Shown here: positions 8,143 to 16,339 of the stretch, in pieces
Layout of the letters: every line of letters starts with the position of its first letter
Position numbering within the stretch: position 1 is the stretch's first letter
Virus record (IMG/VR): IMGVR_UViG_3300036791_000329
Location: 1-48,289 of that record
Strand: one strand, 5' to 3'
DNA from: a virus
Lineage: Duplodnaviria; Caudoviricetes
Length of the DNA: 48,289 nt
The notes under the pieces: model-generated
The model's input: only the letters and a program-made list of their open reading frames with translations
What the model was told of the DNA's origin: nothing
Databases searched by the model: none
Position numbers and translations under genes: made by a program

Positions 8143-8163
8143 GCGCGACTTCGGTCGCGTTTG
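8143..8163. terminator. hairpin between N and the convergent cassette (tL1-like, possibly bidirectional)
   Basis: CGCGAC-TTCG-GTCGCG then TTTG. Confidence 0.6.
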
Positions 8164-8168
8164 TCACC

Positions 8169-8495
8169 TCAAATAAGTGGAATGCTGTGGCCTTTCATTT
8201 TCTGCCGCGCGTTAACCTGCTGGCCGAGCGGGTTTCTTACCTTTTGCCATACACGCTGATTTCGCTTATCCATCTGTCCGCGTAACGCTTCGTGAAGCTC
8301 AGCTGCTTTAGCTATCTGTGTAGCCATTTCATTGCGAATTGGATTAGCAGCTTTGCTAACACGGTCAACCTTCTTGCTCAGCGTTAATACCTGACGCTGT
8401 GGCTTAGCGCTCACTCCCACTAACAGGGGGTTGGCAACTTTCCATTCTGCTCGCTTAGCTTCACGGCGTTCGCGGCGGCGTTCTTGTGCGTTCAT
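8169..8495 (-). CDS. N: antitermination protein N
   Basis: MNAQERRRERREAKRAEWKVANPLLVGVSAKP closely parallels the lambda N arginine-rich motif. Confidence 0.93.
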   Translation of the reverse strand: MNAQERRRERREAKRAEWKVANPLLVGVSAKPQRQVLTLSKKVDRVSKAANPIRNEMATQIAKAAELHEALRGQMDKRNQRVWQKVRNPLGQQVNARQKMKGHSIPLI

Positions 8496-8639
8496 ACATC
8501 CTCCTGTCAGTGTGTTTTGGTTGTGTGGTGCCGAGCGCTTAACTCTCGATATTCCTGCCGATGGCTGGTAGCTGCTTCTCTACAGGACAAGCCCGCTGAG
8601 CTTTCACCACACACCAAAGCACATTGCTTCAGTGTATTT

Positions 8640-8670
8640 GCCCTTCTTCAGGGCTATCTGTTAATGAGCA
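8640..8670 (-). promoter_or_regulatory. nutL (boxA + boxB)
   Basis: Minus strand TGCTCATTAACA then GCCCTGAAGAAGGGC, the lambda nutL boxB sequence. Confidence 0.88.
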
Positions 8671-8710
8671 TCGGCTTCTTGCCGGGTAGTGCGTCCTGCT
8701 GATGTTGATA

Positions 8711-8796
8711 AGAATACTTCAGGTATTTTATTGTGTAAATACCTTGAGTATTTATTTTTGGTGTTTACCTGTAATCATATGAATACATAAGGTATT
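8711..8796 (-). promoter_or_regulatory. pL promoter with three oL operators
   Basis: -35 TTTACA (8734-8739), 17 bp, -10 TATTCT (8711-8716); AATAC-N5-GTATT at 8713-8727, 8738-8752 and 8782-8796. Confidence 0.82.
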
Positions 8797-8860
8797 TATT
8801 TTTGTAAATGCCATCTAATCGGCTGTGTGATACTGTTTTCGTAAGGCTAAGAGGAGGGGT

Positions 8861-9235
8861 ATGGACACAAAAGAGTGGGTTGATGGACTGCGCTGGCTAA
8901 GTGCTGAGCAAATTGTTGATGTGCATTTCAAGCTACAAGAGCAAATCAAGAAGCATTACAAACTGCGGGCAGAAGGGGATAACCTGGAAAAAGCTATTCA
9001 GCTTTGTGAGCAGCATGTCGCCTTGGCTGAATTAGCTCTTCCTGCGTTGAAAGAAAAACATGATGCGCAGGCCAAAGAATATGAGGAGCTGCTTGGTAAG
9101 AAGAGTCCAATGGAGTTCTACACGCCATCCCATCATGGTTATCGGCAATTGATCACAATTATGAAGAAGCAGCAGAACTTTGAAAGGGTGACTGAGCTAG
9201 AAGCAAAGCGGGATGCTGAAGGATGGCGTTCGTAG
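8861..9235 (+). CDS. hypothetical helical protein in the immunity region
   Basis: Strong GAGGAGGGG RBS, possible extended -10 TGTGATACT; converges on bstA. Confidence 0.75.
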   Translation: MDTKEWVDGLRWLSAEQIVDVHFKLQEQIKKHYKLRAEGDNLEKAIQLCEQHVALAELALPALKEKHDAQAKEYEELLGKKSPMEFYTPSHHGYRQLITIMKKQQNFERVTELEAKRDAEGWRS

Positions 9236-9239
9236 AACA

Positions 9240-9268
9240 TAAAAAACCCGGCTCGGTGGCCGGGTTTG
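9240..9268. terminator. bidirectional terminator
   Basis: AAAAAACCCGGC-TCGGTG-GCCGGGTTT between convergent genes. Confidence 0.8.
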
Positions 9269-9271
9269 TAC

Positions 9272-10192
9272 TCAGTGGGGTTTCGGTAATTCTGGCTTCT
9301 TAACAGCTTCAACAATTCGCAGTGCATCAGCTGCAGATAATGCGCCATCGGCTGATTTTTTAGATAAATAATTGCCAAGACGGTTTGGAATATAGTCATT
9401 TTGCATCCATCTTCTAAATAGTCCTAGACCATCATCAGGGTATATCCAAGCTTCTTGAGGGCCTGCGCGATGCTGAGGGAACCAGTCTGGGTAGACGTGA
9501 GGTGATTTGGTGCGTGCTCCATATTTTTCATCGCATTCGTTAGCAACCCAGAATTTAGACCACATGGTTCCTACACTTATATCTGGAATTGCTGAGGGAC
9601 CAAAATCAAAATTGCCTTTGACCATTTTTAATGAAAGATCGGCCATTTCTCGAAAGACAGAAAAATACCCGAATGGGACTTGATCATTCATCAAGAGCCT
9701 TTCATGGAAGCACTCCATGGCACCACGTTGTGGATTTTCTGGATCAATACCAACACTTAGATATATGAATCTGCGAAGCTGGGAGCCGGCCAGCTTACGA
9801 AAGTTAGATAATGCAACTTCGCGGCTACCCTGAGTAGCTTCAAATGCGTAGTATTCGAGAAATGCCATACACACAACATCAGGAAAAGCGTTTGTCTCAG
9901 TGCCTTGAATTATTGTTTTATGAAAAAGCCTGTTGAGATTTAAGCCTTGCTCTTGAAGCTTTTTGTCGATGAATTGCCCGCGAGGCTTGGTCCTTTCGTC
10001 ATCCCAATTAGAGGCTAGGCGAAGGAGGGCGGCGTGATCAACACCGCATAACCTTGCTAGACCTCTAAGTGTCAAAAAGGGTGAGCCATCATTCATGACT
10101 CCCATTTGAATGCCATCAACATCAGCTTCTTTAATTGGGTAAAGATCAATTTGCAGCTGGTGACCGGACAGGGCTAGCGATAGGTTATCCAT
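9272..10192 (-). CDS. bstA: BstA-family abortive-infection protein
   Basis: 306 aa directly downstream of cI; MGV.NDG.P.LT.RGLA..CGV, KPRGQ, VCMA.LEYYAF, SVGIDP.NP, FSVFREM, PDISVG, HVYPDWFPQ match BTP1 BstA as recalled. Confidence 0.85.
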   Translation of the reverse strand: MDNLSLALSGHQLQIDLYPIKEADVDGIQMGVMNDGSPFLTLRGLARLCGVDHAALLRLASNWDDERTKPRGQFIDKKLQEQGLNLNRLFHKTIIQGTETNAFPDVVCMAFLEYYAFEATQGSREVALSNFRKLAGSQLRRFIYLSVGIDPENPQRGAMECFHERLLMNDQVPFGYFSVFREMADLSLKMVKGNFDFGPSAIPDISVGTMWSKFWVANECDEKYGARTKSPHVYPDWFPQHRAGPQEAWIYPDDGLGLFRRWMQNDYIPNRLGNYLSKKSADGALSAADALRIVEAVKKPELPKPH

Positions 10193-10280
10193 TTGATTTC
10201 CTTATTTTATTTATACGTTTCGGGCGGTGGTCAATCTAACAATCGAAACCCAGCTACTCGAAGATAGCCTCAGGCCACTG

Positions 10281-11015
10281 CTAGAGCTTTTCGATATCGC
10301 CCGATGGGGCATCATCAAAGTCTACATAGCGAGTGTGCTTCATGATCGCTGAGACAAAGTGCATTTTTTCAACGCTATCAGGCGGCAATGTTATAGGTCG
10401 ATGATCATCGTTGATGCTTGAGAATTGATAATCTCCATCCCTAGTCTTATTCATTACTTTGATCATGTTGTGACCATCTTTCGTGCGTACGAAAACCTCA
10501 TCTCCAGGATGGATAGGTGTGTTTGGCTCTATAACCACATACTCACCAGACTTGATGCGTGGCCACATACTGTCTCCTTTCACCTTCAGACCGTAGGCAT
10601 CTTTGTCTTGGCTATAAATTCTAAGCCATCCCGCCTGAATTTCTGCCATATCCACTGATCCATCAACCCCCAGGACAGCCTCGCCAACGACAGGTACAAA
10701 ACCGTCTCTTAACTTACCAGCATACTCGATGCTGTCATGGCTAAGGTTTTTAGCTTGATCTGCGACTATTGCCGCCAGAGAAGGGCTGAAGTCAGAAATG
10801 GAAACCTGAAGAAGGCTGGCAAACTTTGATGCAACATCAACATTCAGGGCGTTGCGCCCATTCAGATAGTGAGCAACGGCACCCTGCGACATTTCAAATA
10901 CATCTCCAAGTGTATATTGGGTGATACCAAGCATTTTCTTTTTTGACTCATACAAAGCTTTAAGCCGTTTTGCGTCTTCAAGCTGTTCTGTCGTCAGGGA
11001 TTTTTTTGTTTCCAT
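10281..11015 (-). CDS. cI: CI repressor (HTH + S24 autopeptidase)
   Basis: METKKSLTTEQLEDAKRLKALYESKKK resembles lambda CI; KGDSMWP Ser and MIK Lys; start at ATG 11015. Confidence 0.95.
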   Translation of the reverse strand: METKKSLTTEQLEDAKRLKALYESKKKMLGITQYTLGDVFEMSQGAVAHYLNGRNALNVDVASKFASLLQVSISDFSPSLAAIVADQAKNLSHDSIEYAGKLRDGFVPVVGEAVLGVDGSVDMAEIQAGWLRIYSQDKDAYGLKVKGDSMWPRIKSGEYVVIEPNTPIHPGDEVFVRTKDGHNMIKVMNKTRDGDYQFSSINDDHRPITLPPDSVEKMHFVSAIMKHTRYVDFDDAPSGDIEKL

Positions 11016-11027
11016 GGCAGGCATTGT

Positions 11028-11093
11028 AATACTAGAGCTATTCATTTTAAAAATACCCACCATATTGAATGTTATAAATACCTGTAGTATTCT
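11028..11093 (+). promoter_or_regulatory. oR operators and pR
   Basis: AATAC-N5-(G/A/C)TATT at 11028-11042, 11052-11066 and 11077-11091; -35 TTGAAT (11065-11070), 17 bp, -10 TATTCT (11088-11093). Confidence 0.82.
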
Positions 11094-11122
11094 TTATTCA
11101 TGGTAACTAACGGAGTGTACCT

Positions 11123-11320
11123 ATGAATCGAATGACACTAGCTGACTACGCAAAACTTCACGGGCAGACGAAAACTGCCAGCGACTTTGGCGTAATCCAA
11201 TGTGCAATTAGCAAAGCAATACGTGCTGGGCGAAACATTGTAGTTACTGTCCTTCCTGACGGTAACGTGCAAGCGGAAGAGGTTCGCCCGTTTCCTAGCA
11301 CCAAGAAAAACGCAGCTTAA
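11123..11320 (+). CDS. cro: Cro repressor
   Basis: TLADYA...GQTKTA.DFGV.Q.AISKAI.AGR.I...AEEVRPFPS is lambda Cro-like. Confidence 0.95.
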   Translation: MNRMTLADYAKLHGQTKTASDFGVIQCAISKAIRAGRNIVVTVLPDGNVQAEEVRPFPSTKKNAA

Positions 11321-11329
11321 GCAGTAACC

Positions 11330-11362
11330 CGCTCTTTACACATCTCCGAGCTGAAGAAGCTC
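11330..11362 (+). promoter_or_regulatory. nutR (boxA + boxB)
   Basis: CGCTCTTTACA then GAGCT-GAAGA-AGCTC. Confidence 0.88.
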
Positions 11363-11439
11363 AGTAATCAAAAAGACTACAAATCATTAGTGGCACCCGC
11401 TACGGGTTCGCCACGTAACGACTTATTCAACATATGGAA

Positions 11440-11472
11440 ATCATACGAAATGGACACTACAACAACACGCAA
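11440..11472 (-). promoter_or_regulatory. pRE, CII-activated promoter
   Basis: Minus strand TTGC-N6-TTGT (11459-11472) with -10 TATGAT (11440-11445) at 17-bp spacing; a second TTGC-N6-TTGC at 11483-11496. Confidence 0.7.
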
Positions 11473-11728
11473 TAAAGCCCGTGCAATTGAAAGCAAGTTA
11501 TTGAGCAAGATTGCAATTCGTGGTGTTGCGAACGTCGCTGAGTTAATCGGCGTGGACAAGTCGCAAATCACCCGCTGGAAGGAATCGCTGTTGCCGCGCA
11601 TGTCGATGCTGTTGGCAGTTCTTGAGTGGGGAGTGGAAGACGAGGAGTTAGCGGATCTGGCTAAGCATGTGGCCAGGCTGCTGACAAAAGAAAAAGCGCC
11701 GGAGTGCTTGGAACACTTCAGCGCTTAG
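11450..11728 (+). CDS. cII: CII transcriptional activator
   Basis: RNKARAIES.LL.KIA..G...VA..IGVDKSQI.RWK...SMLLAVLEWGV. Confidence 0.93.
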   Translation: MDTTTTRNKARAIESKLLSKIAIRGVANVAELIGVDKSQITRWKESLLPRMSMLLAVLEWGVEDEELADLAKHVARLLTKEKAPECLEHFSA

Positions 11729-11752
11729 TGCGAATAACTGGATCAATTCACA
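11688..11752 (-). ncRNA. OOP-like antisense RNA to the cII 3' end
   Basis: pO-like -35 TTTACT (11782-11787), 17 bp, -10 CATAAT (11759-11764); hairpin plus T-run overlapping the end of cII; ends approximate. Confidence 0.6.
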
Positions 11753-11761
11753 GGTGTAATT

Positions 11762-12169
11762 ATGCCAGGACAAACCAAACAAGTAAACATCGATCTCCGG
11801 GCCGGGGATAAGTTTGAAACCGTTTATCCATTTCGCTTTATCTGCACAGACTACCAGTCATACAACGGCGATGTAGTCACCGATGAGCGCTGGATTGGTG
11901 GCTGCCATAAGAATTTTGAGCCAGCCGATTGTGGTTACGGCGATCAGGCGTTTTACACAGCTGATGCTAATGGAAAGAGAATCCTTGAGGTGCTAGCCAT
12001 TGCTGAAATGCCTGGCAACTGGCAACGCAGAATTATCTACAGCTGCACCATGATTACGCCTGATGGCAATGTTCGCGCAGGAAGAAAGGCGTATACGGTG
12101 ACAGAGGCGAGATTCATTGCCATGTCAAAAGGTTACTTCACTGATTACGAAGTGGAGGATTCAGAATGA
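11762..12169 (+). CDS. hypothetical protein between cII and O
   Basis: AGGTG RBS; ATGA overlap with O. Confidence 0.7.
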   Translation: MPGQTKQVNIDLRAGDKFETVYPFRFICTDYQSYNGDVVTDERWIGGCHKNFEPADCGYGDQAFYTADANGKRILEVLAIAEMPGNWQRRIIYSCTMITPDGNVRAGRKAYTVTEARFIAMSKGYFTDYEVEDSE

Positions 12170-13125
12170 ATACCGCCGAAGTAATTAGATTTCCCAAGAA
12201 AACTGAGCAAACAGGGGGGCGTATGGCTGACCTGTCCAACGGGTACACGAAGGTCGCCAACGAAATACAGCAGCTTAAACCTCGCCTCAGAATGTCAGGC
12301 AGGGAATGGCAATGTTTCGAGGCGGTGATTTGGCTCACCTACGGATGGAACAAAAAACATGACAGGGTGACGAACACGGTTATAGCCGAGCTGACAGGCC
12401 TGAGTGACACCCATGTATCGGACGCCATCAAGGCTTTAGCTGAGAGGAAAATCATCTTTAGCCAGAAGCAGGGAATGATGAAACTTGTAGGGGTAAACAC
12501 TGAAATTTCATGTTGGGTTATTGATAAGCCTGAAATAGTCAAAAAACCAAAGAAAACAGTGGTTAAAGAAATCTTACCGGGAACGGGAACAGAATTCCCG
12601 GAAACGGGAAAATCCTTCCCAGAATCAGGAAAAAGGTTCCCGAAAACGGTAGACACCCAATACAAGAACAAGAACAGTAATAAAAACCCTTCGTCCGATG
12701 ATTCTCACGAATCACCTGACAAGCGCCTTTCAAAGTTTCTTTCAGACCATCCAGACGCAGAGATTTACACGCCAACGGGAAGTAAGTGGGGAACTGCTGA
12801 CGACCTGAAAGCTGCGCAGTGGATTTACTCTCAGGTGCAGAAAGTAACCCCAAGCGCTAAAGAGCCGACCTGGACAGACTGGAGCAATACTATCCGGTTA
12901 CTTCGCCAGGCCAACGAAACTAACCATCATGAAATCTGCGCTGTATTCCAGTGGGCTAACAACGATCACTTCTGGTACAGCAACGTCCTCAGTCCTGCAA
13001 AGCTCCGTGAAAAGTGGGACACCCTCAAACTCCAGATGGAACAGCCAGGCAGAAGCACACGCACTGCGGCACCTGCCAAACCTGAAATCTGGAACACACG
13101 CGAAGCATGGCAGGAGTTCATATGA
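12166..13125 (+). CDS. O: replication initiator O
   Basis: MADLSNGYTKVANEI...TYGWNKK.D; C-terminal FW..NVLSPAKLREKWD.L; internal iterons. Confidence 0.92.
   Translation: MNTAEVIRFPKKTEQTGGRMADLSNGYTKVANEIQQLKPRLRMSGREWQCFEAVIWLTYGWNKKHDRVTNTVIAELTGLSDTHVSDAIKALAERKIIFSQKQGMMKLVGVNTEISCWVIDKPEIVKKPKKTVVKEILPGTGTEFPETGKSFPESGKRFPKTVDTQYKNKNSNKNPSSDDSHESPDKRLSKFLSDHPDAEIYTPTGSKWGTADDLKAAQWIYSQVQKVTPSAKEPTWTDWSNTIRLLRQANETNHHEICAVFQWANNDHFWYSNVLSPAKLREKWDTLKLQMEQPGRSTRTAAPAKPEIWNTREAWQEFI
12574..12657 (+). repeat. replication origin iterons (4 x 21 bp)
   Basis: TT(A/C)CC..AA.(G/C).G.A units starting at 12574, 12595, 12616 and 12637, followed by an A-rich tract. Confidence 0.85.
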
Positions 13126-13823
13126 GAAATCTGACGAGCATCATCGCCAACCGTGACGGCGGCGCTCTGGCAGGCATGGCAGGGGCTAACCCTGAGCCTG
13201 TGAGCATCGTTAACGAAAACGCTGAGAAGCTGGTAGACGCGCTTTTTCAGAACTTGAAGCAGGTATTCCCGGCAGCGGTATCGACAGTGTTTCGTAACCC
13301 GACAGACGAAGCCGCGGCAAAGCGTCAGTGGATCGCCGCATTCGCTGAGAACGGAATCAGAACCCGCGACCAGTTATCAGCAGGCATGCAGCATGCCCGA
13401 GCCAATGAGTCGGCGTTCTGGCCTTCTCCGGGGCAATTTATCGCGTGGTGCAAACAGGGGGTTATCAAAGCCAATGGATTGCCTGATGCCGATGAGCTTT
13501 ACCGCATGGTCATGAAGTACAGTCGCGACCGCGGTTATCACAGTTCAGCAGAAGCTTACCCCTGGGAATCTCCGGCATGTTTCTGGATGGTAACTGCCCT
13601 ATACAACCAGATGCGATCGCAAAACCTTACTGAAGCAGAACTCAGAAAGCGTTGCGGCAATGAGCTGAAGAACATGTCGCGCCGGATTGAGTCTGGTGAA
13701 TTAATACCAGCGCCGGTAGTTCAGATTCCAAAGCTGCATATACCGGTAAGCAACGAGAAAGGCCTGGATAAAATCGCTGAAATCCGCGCCAAACTTGGAC
13801 TAGTTAAGCGAGATCAATCATGA
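13122..13823 (+). CDS. P: replication protein P (helicase loader)
   Basis: KRQWIAAFAENGI...Q...GM..AR....FWPSPGQFIAWC; ATGA overlap with O. Confidence 0.92.
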   Translation: MRNLTSIIANRDGGALAGMAGANPEPVSIVNENAEKLVDALFQNLKQVFPAAVSTVFRNPTDEAAAKRQWIAAFAENGIRTRDQLSAGMQHARANESAFWPSPGQFIAWCKQGVIKANGLPDADELYRMVMKYSRDRGYHSSAEAYPWESPACFWMVTALYNQMRSQNLTEAELRKRCGNELKNMSRRIESGELIPAPVVQIPKLHIPVSNEKGLDKIAEIRAKLGLVKRDQS

Positions 13824-14095
13824 CTACTACCAGACAACGTATACACACCTACATCTCAAACAATCCCAATACATCAGTAAACGAAATAGCCGAGGCGATG
13901 GGCGTAACTCGCAGTTGCGTGAGTCCTCAGGTATCGAACTTGTTTCGTGATGGCCTGTTGATACGAAGTGGAAGCCATCATGGCTATCGGTACGCTGCCA
14001 TTGGAAAGATTACAGAGCCGGCATCAGCCCCGGCAATGCACATGAGCGAGGGTATGGCGCTGTTTAACAAGCTACTTCGAGAGGTGCGAGCGTGA
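13820..14095 (+). CDS. winged-HTH protein
   Basis: I..NP..SV.EIAEAMGVTRS.VS..V..L...G.L. Confidence 0.7.
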   Translation: MTTTRQRIHTYISNNPNTSVNEIAEAMGVTRSCVSPQVSNLFRDGLLIRSGSHHGYRYAAIGKITEPASAPAMHMSEGMALFNKLLREVRA

Positions 14096-14367
14096 CAGAA
14101 GCAATGAGGGAGCTACTAACTAACCCGCGCTTTGCAGCAGTTCTGGATAAGTGTCTCGATGAAGAAGAGCTAATCGTCCAGTTCGAACGGCTATACGGGA
14201 TTAGCCGCCCACCGGTACGCCGATCACCGCTAGAAGCAATGGTCGATAAAGCTACCGGATTTGCACAGGAACAATGGGGAGCATTTTTCAACGAGTTTAT
14301 CCAGTTCGTTTACGAATGCATCTGGCTGACATGGCCGCAGCGTAACAACGAGGAGTGTTGGCAGTGA
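14092..14367 (+). CDS. hypothetical protein
   Basis: GAGGTG RBS, GTGA overlap. Confidence 0.65.
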   Translation: MTEAMRELLTNPRFAAVLDKCLDEEELIVQFERLYGISRPPVRRSPLEAMVDKATGFAQEQWGAFFNEFIQFVYECIWLTWPQRNNEECWQ

Positions 14368-14621
14368 AAGATATATCCATGTACATGCAGACCGGGCTGG
14401 CTCTCATAGGATGGCTCTATATCATGTTCAAAACAGGTGAATGGCTTACCAAATCAATTCTTAAGCAATGGGATAAACGTCGCAAATTTTCTGCGCGTCA
14501 GAGGGCGGTTAATGACCTCTACGCCGCCTATGAATTGGACAAAATCAAGAACGGACATGACATGAAAATCACGACCAAGGGCAACCTGGTAATTTTGATG
14601 TACCGTACCGAGGATAAATGA
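14364..14621 (+). CDS. small membrane-anchored protein (DUF4752-like)
   Basis: GTG start after GAGGAG; N-terminal hydrophobic helix. Confidence 0.6.
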   Translation: MKDISMYMQTGLALIGWLYIMFKTGEWLTKSILKQWDKRRKFSARQRAVNDLYAAYELDKIKNGHDMKITTKGNLVILMYRTEDK

Positions 14622-14693
14622 TGGTCACTCAGACATTACTACCAAACGAATAACAGGCTCGCAAACCGCGGGCCTTAATTTTATGGAGGATTT

Positions 14694-15164
14694 ATGAAGA
14701 TTTCAGACGACGATTTTTTGAAGGCGATATGGAAATCAGTAGCCGAGATTCTGCCGTATACGGCAACGCACAATTACTTTGGAGATAAGAGGGGCCTTGT
14801 TCCTAACGACTGGTTCTATGTTCGTTATGCAACACACATATGCACAGCTCGCCGGAGTAATCGCATTCATCTACCCATCGGAAATTCCGCGTCAATGAAC
14901 CGGATTAGAAAATTAGTCGCACAAGGCCTTTTGTTTGCCGAGAAGCATAAGCCCGGCGATGCATTTTACTTCTGGCTCCATGATTCACTTAACCAGCCAG
15001 CATTTGAACGAACTCTTGTTTTGCTAGGGGCATACGGCATCACAAAGGAGCCAGTAGATGGTTACGGATTTGATGTTATCGCAAAGAAGATAACTAACAG
15101 TTTGATGGCTGAATTTGGCGAATTACCAACGCAAATATTCAAAAGTAACTCGGAGGTGGAATGA
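14694..15164 (+). CDS. hypothetical protein
   Basis: GGAGGA RBS; preceded by a hairpin at about 14655-14676. Confidence 0.7.
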   Translation: MKISDDDFLKAIWKSVAEILPYTATHNYFGDKRGLVPNDWFYVRYATHICTARRSNRIHLPIGNSASMNRIRKLVAQGLLFAEKHKPGDAFYFWLHDSLNQPAFERTLVLLGAYGITKEPVDGYGFDVIAKKITNSLMAEFGELPTQIFKSNSEVE

Positions 15165-15358
15165 CCGAAACACTAAAGCTTGATGAAGAGCGGGCGAAGT
15201 TTGAGCAGCATTTTGAACACGCTGGTGCTCTGCCCTGGGGTTATCTTGCAAAGCAAAGAACCGGTAACGGTTACTCCATTCAAATCTACAGCTACATGTG
15301 GAATGCCTGGCTAGCCCGCGCACAACTGGAGGAATCATGTCCTACGACACGTTCATAG
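15161..15358 (+). CDS. hypothetical nin-region protein
   Basis: ERAKFE...Y......MW.AW.ARA motif; GGAGGTG RBS. Confidence 0.65.
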   Translation: MTETLKLDEERAKFEQHFEHAGALPWGYLAKQRTGNGYSIQIYSYMWNAWLARAQLEESCPTTRS

Positions 15359-15456
15359 GTCTGTTATTCATGCTCGCAGAAACAGTGTTTGGCCTGTTGA
15401 TTATGGCTGCAGGAATGCTGGCTCTGTGTTCAATTTTCGGCAGCAAGAAGGGATAG
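15337..15456 (+). CDS. 39-aa hydrophobic ORF, not in ORF track
   Basis: GGAGGA RBS; MSYDTFIGLLFMLAETVFGLLIMAAGMLALCSIFGSKKG. Confidence 0.5.
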   Translation: MSYDTFIGLLFMLAETVFGLLIMAAGMLALCSIFGSKKG

Positions 15457-15465
15457 GGGGCATAC

Positions 15466-15687
15466 ATGACAGCCACAATCCACCAGTTACGACCTAACAC
15501 GGTAACTATCACCAAAAAACAGTACCGCGCCATATGCGACGCGCTGATTAACTCCGCCAACCTAATGCCACAGCTACTGGCCATCAGCACTGATGGGGGA
15601 GAGCGCTCCAACCGAGCTTTATATCAGGCGCAGAATCTACTCCAGACGATTGAGCGCCAGCTGACAGAGGCGACCAAAGAGAGGTGA
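15466..15687 (+). CDS. hypothetical protein
   Basis: AGGGGG RBS, operon context. Confidence 0.6.
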   Translation: MTATIHQLRPNTVTITKKQYRAICDALINSANLMPQLLAISTDGGERSNRALYQAQNLLQTIERQLTEATKER

Positions 15688-15690
15688 TAC

Positions 15691-16137
15691 GTGAAGCAAA
15701 CATACTTGCTTCGTAATGAAGCAATCCGCAACAACGCCATAGACTCCATTCTCGCACTACCAATCGACGACAAGTCACCGCACGAAATCCACGTTAAAGA
15801 ACCCAAACGAACCAAAGCGCAAAATGACCGCCTCTGGCCCATGTTGCAGGACGTTTCGCGTCAGGTGCTTTGGCATGGTCAGCGGTATGACGAAGCAGAC
15901 TGGAAAGATATTTTCACCGCGCTATGGCTGAAAACTAAGAAGCAGGAGCAGCGTAGCGCCCCAGGAATTGACGGCGGTGTGGTTCTATTTGGCGTTCGTA
16001 CCAGCAAGATGAGAAAGGCCAGCATGACAGAGCTTATCGAAATTATGTTCTGGTTCGGCTCAGAGAGAAACGTCAGATGGAGCGACGATTCCCGGCGAGA
16101 GCACGAATGGTCTCAACGAACAGGGAAGGCAGCATGA
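15691..16137 (+). CDS. ninB: NinB recombination protein
   Basis: KRTKAQNDRLW.ML.DVSRQVLWHG...WKDIFTA...G.RTSKM. Confidence 0.93.
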   Translation: MKQTYLLRNEAIRNNAIDSILALPIDDKSPHEIHVKEPKRTKAQNDRLWPMLQDVSRQVLWHGQRYDEADWKDIFTALWLKTKKQEQRSAPGIDGGVVLFGVRTSKMRKASMTELIEIMFWFGSERNVRWSDDSRREHEWSQRTGKAA

Positions 16138-16138
16138 A

Positions 16139-16339
16139 ATGAAGCGCACATGGTTTCGCCACCACGATTTAACGACACAGGAAGCAGACGAACTCATTCA
16201 ACGCTACACACTCCGCAACGTACAAACATCCAAAACATTAAGCGCCGACCCGAGATATTGGGTTGTTTCGGCATTTCTGCCCGAGGGACGAACGGAGCCG
16301 AGGACGAGCACCATTTATCAGCAAAGGATATTTTTATGA
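16139..16339 (+). CDS. hypothetical nin-region protein
   Basis: Coupled ORF; TWF.H..LT..EADEL..RY pattern seen in lambdoid phages. Confidence 0.65.
   Translation: MKRTWFRHHDLTTQEADELIQRYTLRNVQTSKTLSADPRYWVVSAFLPEGRTEPRTSTIYQQRIFL

Noticed and set aside
8007-8285. 92-aa ORF from the track
   Set aside because: No RBS, overlaps both the SLATT-like gene and N; the 25-aa peptide in another frame fits the gap better.
12574-12657. 21-bp periodic repeats as a CRISPR-like array
   Set aside because: No spacers; located inside the O gene where iterons are expected.
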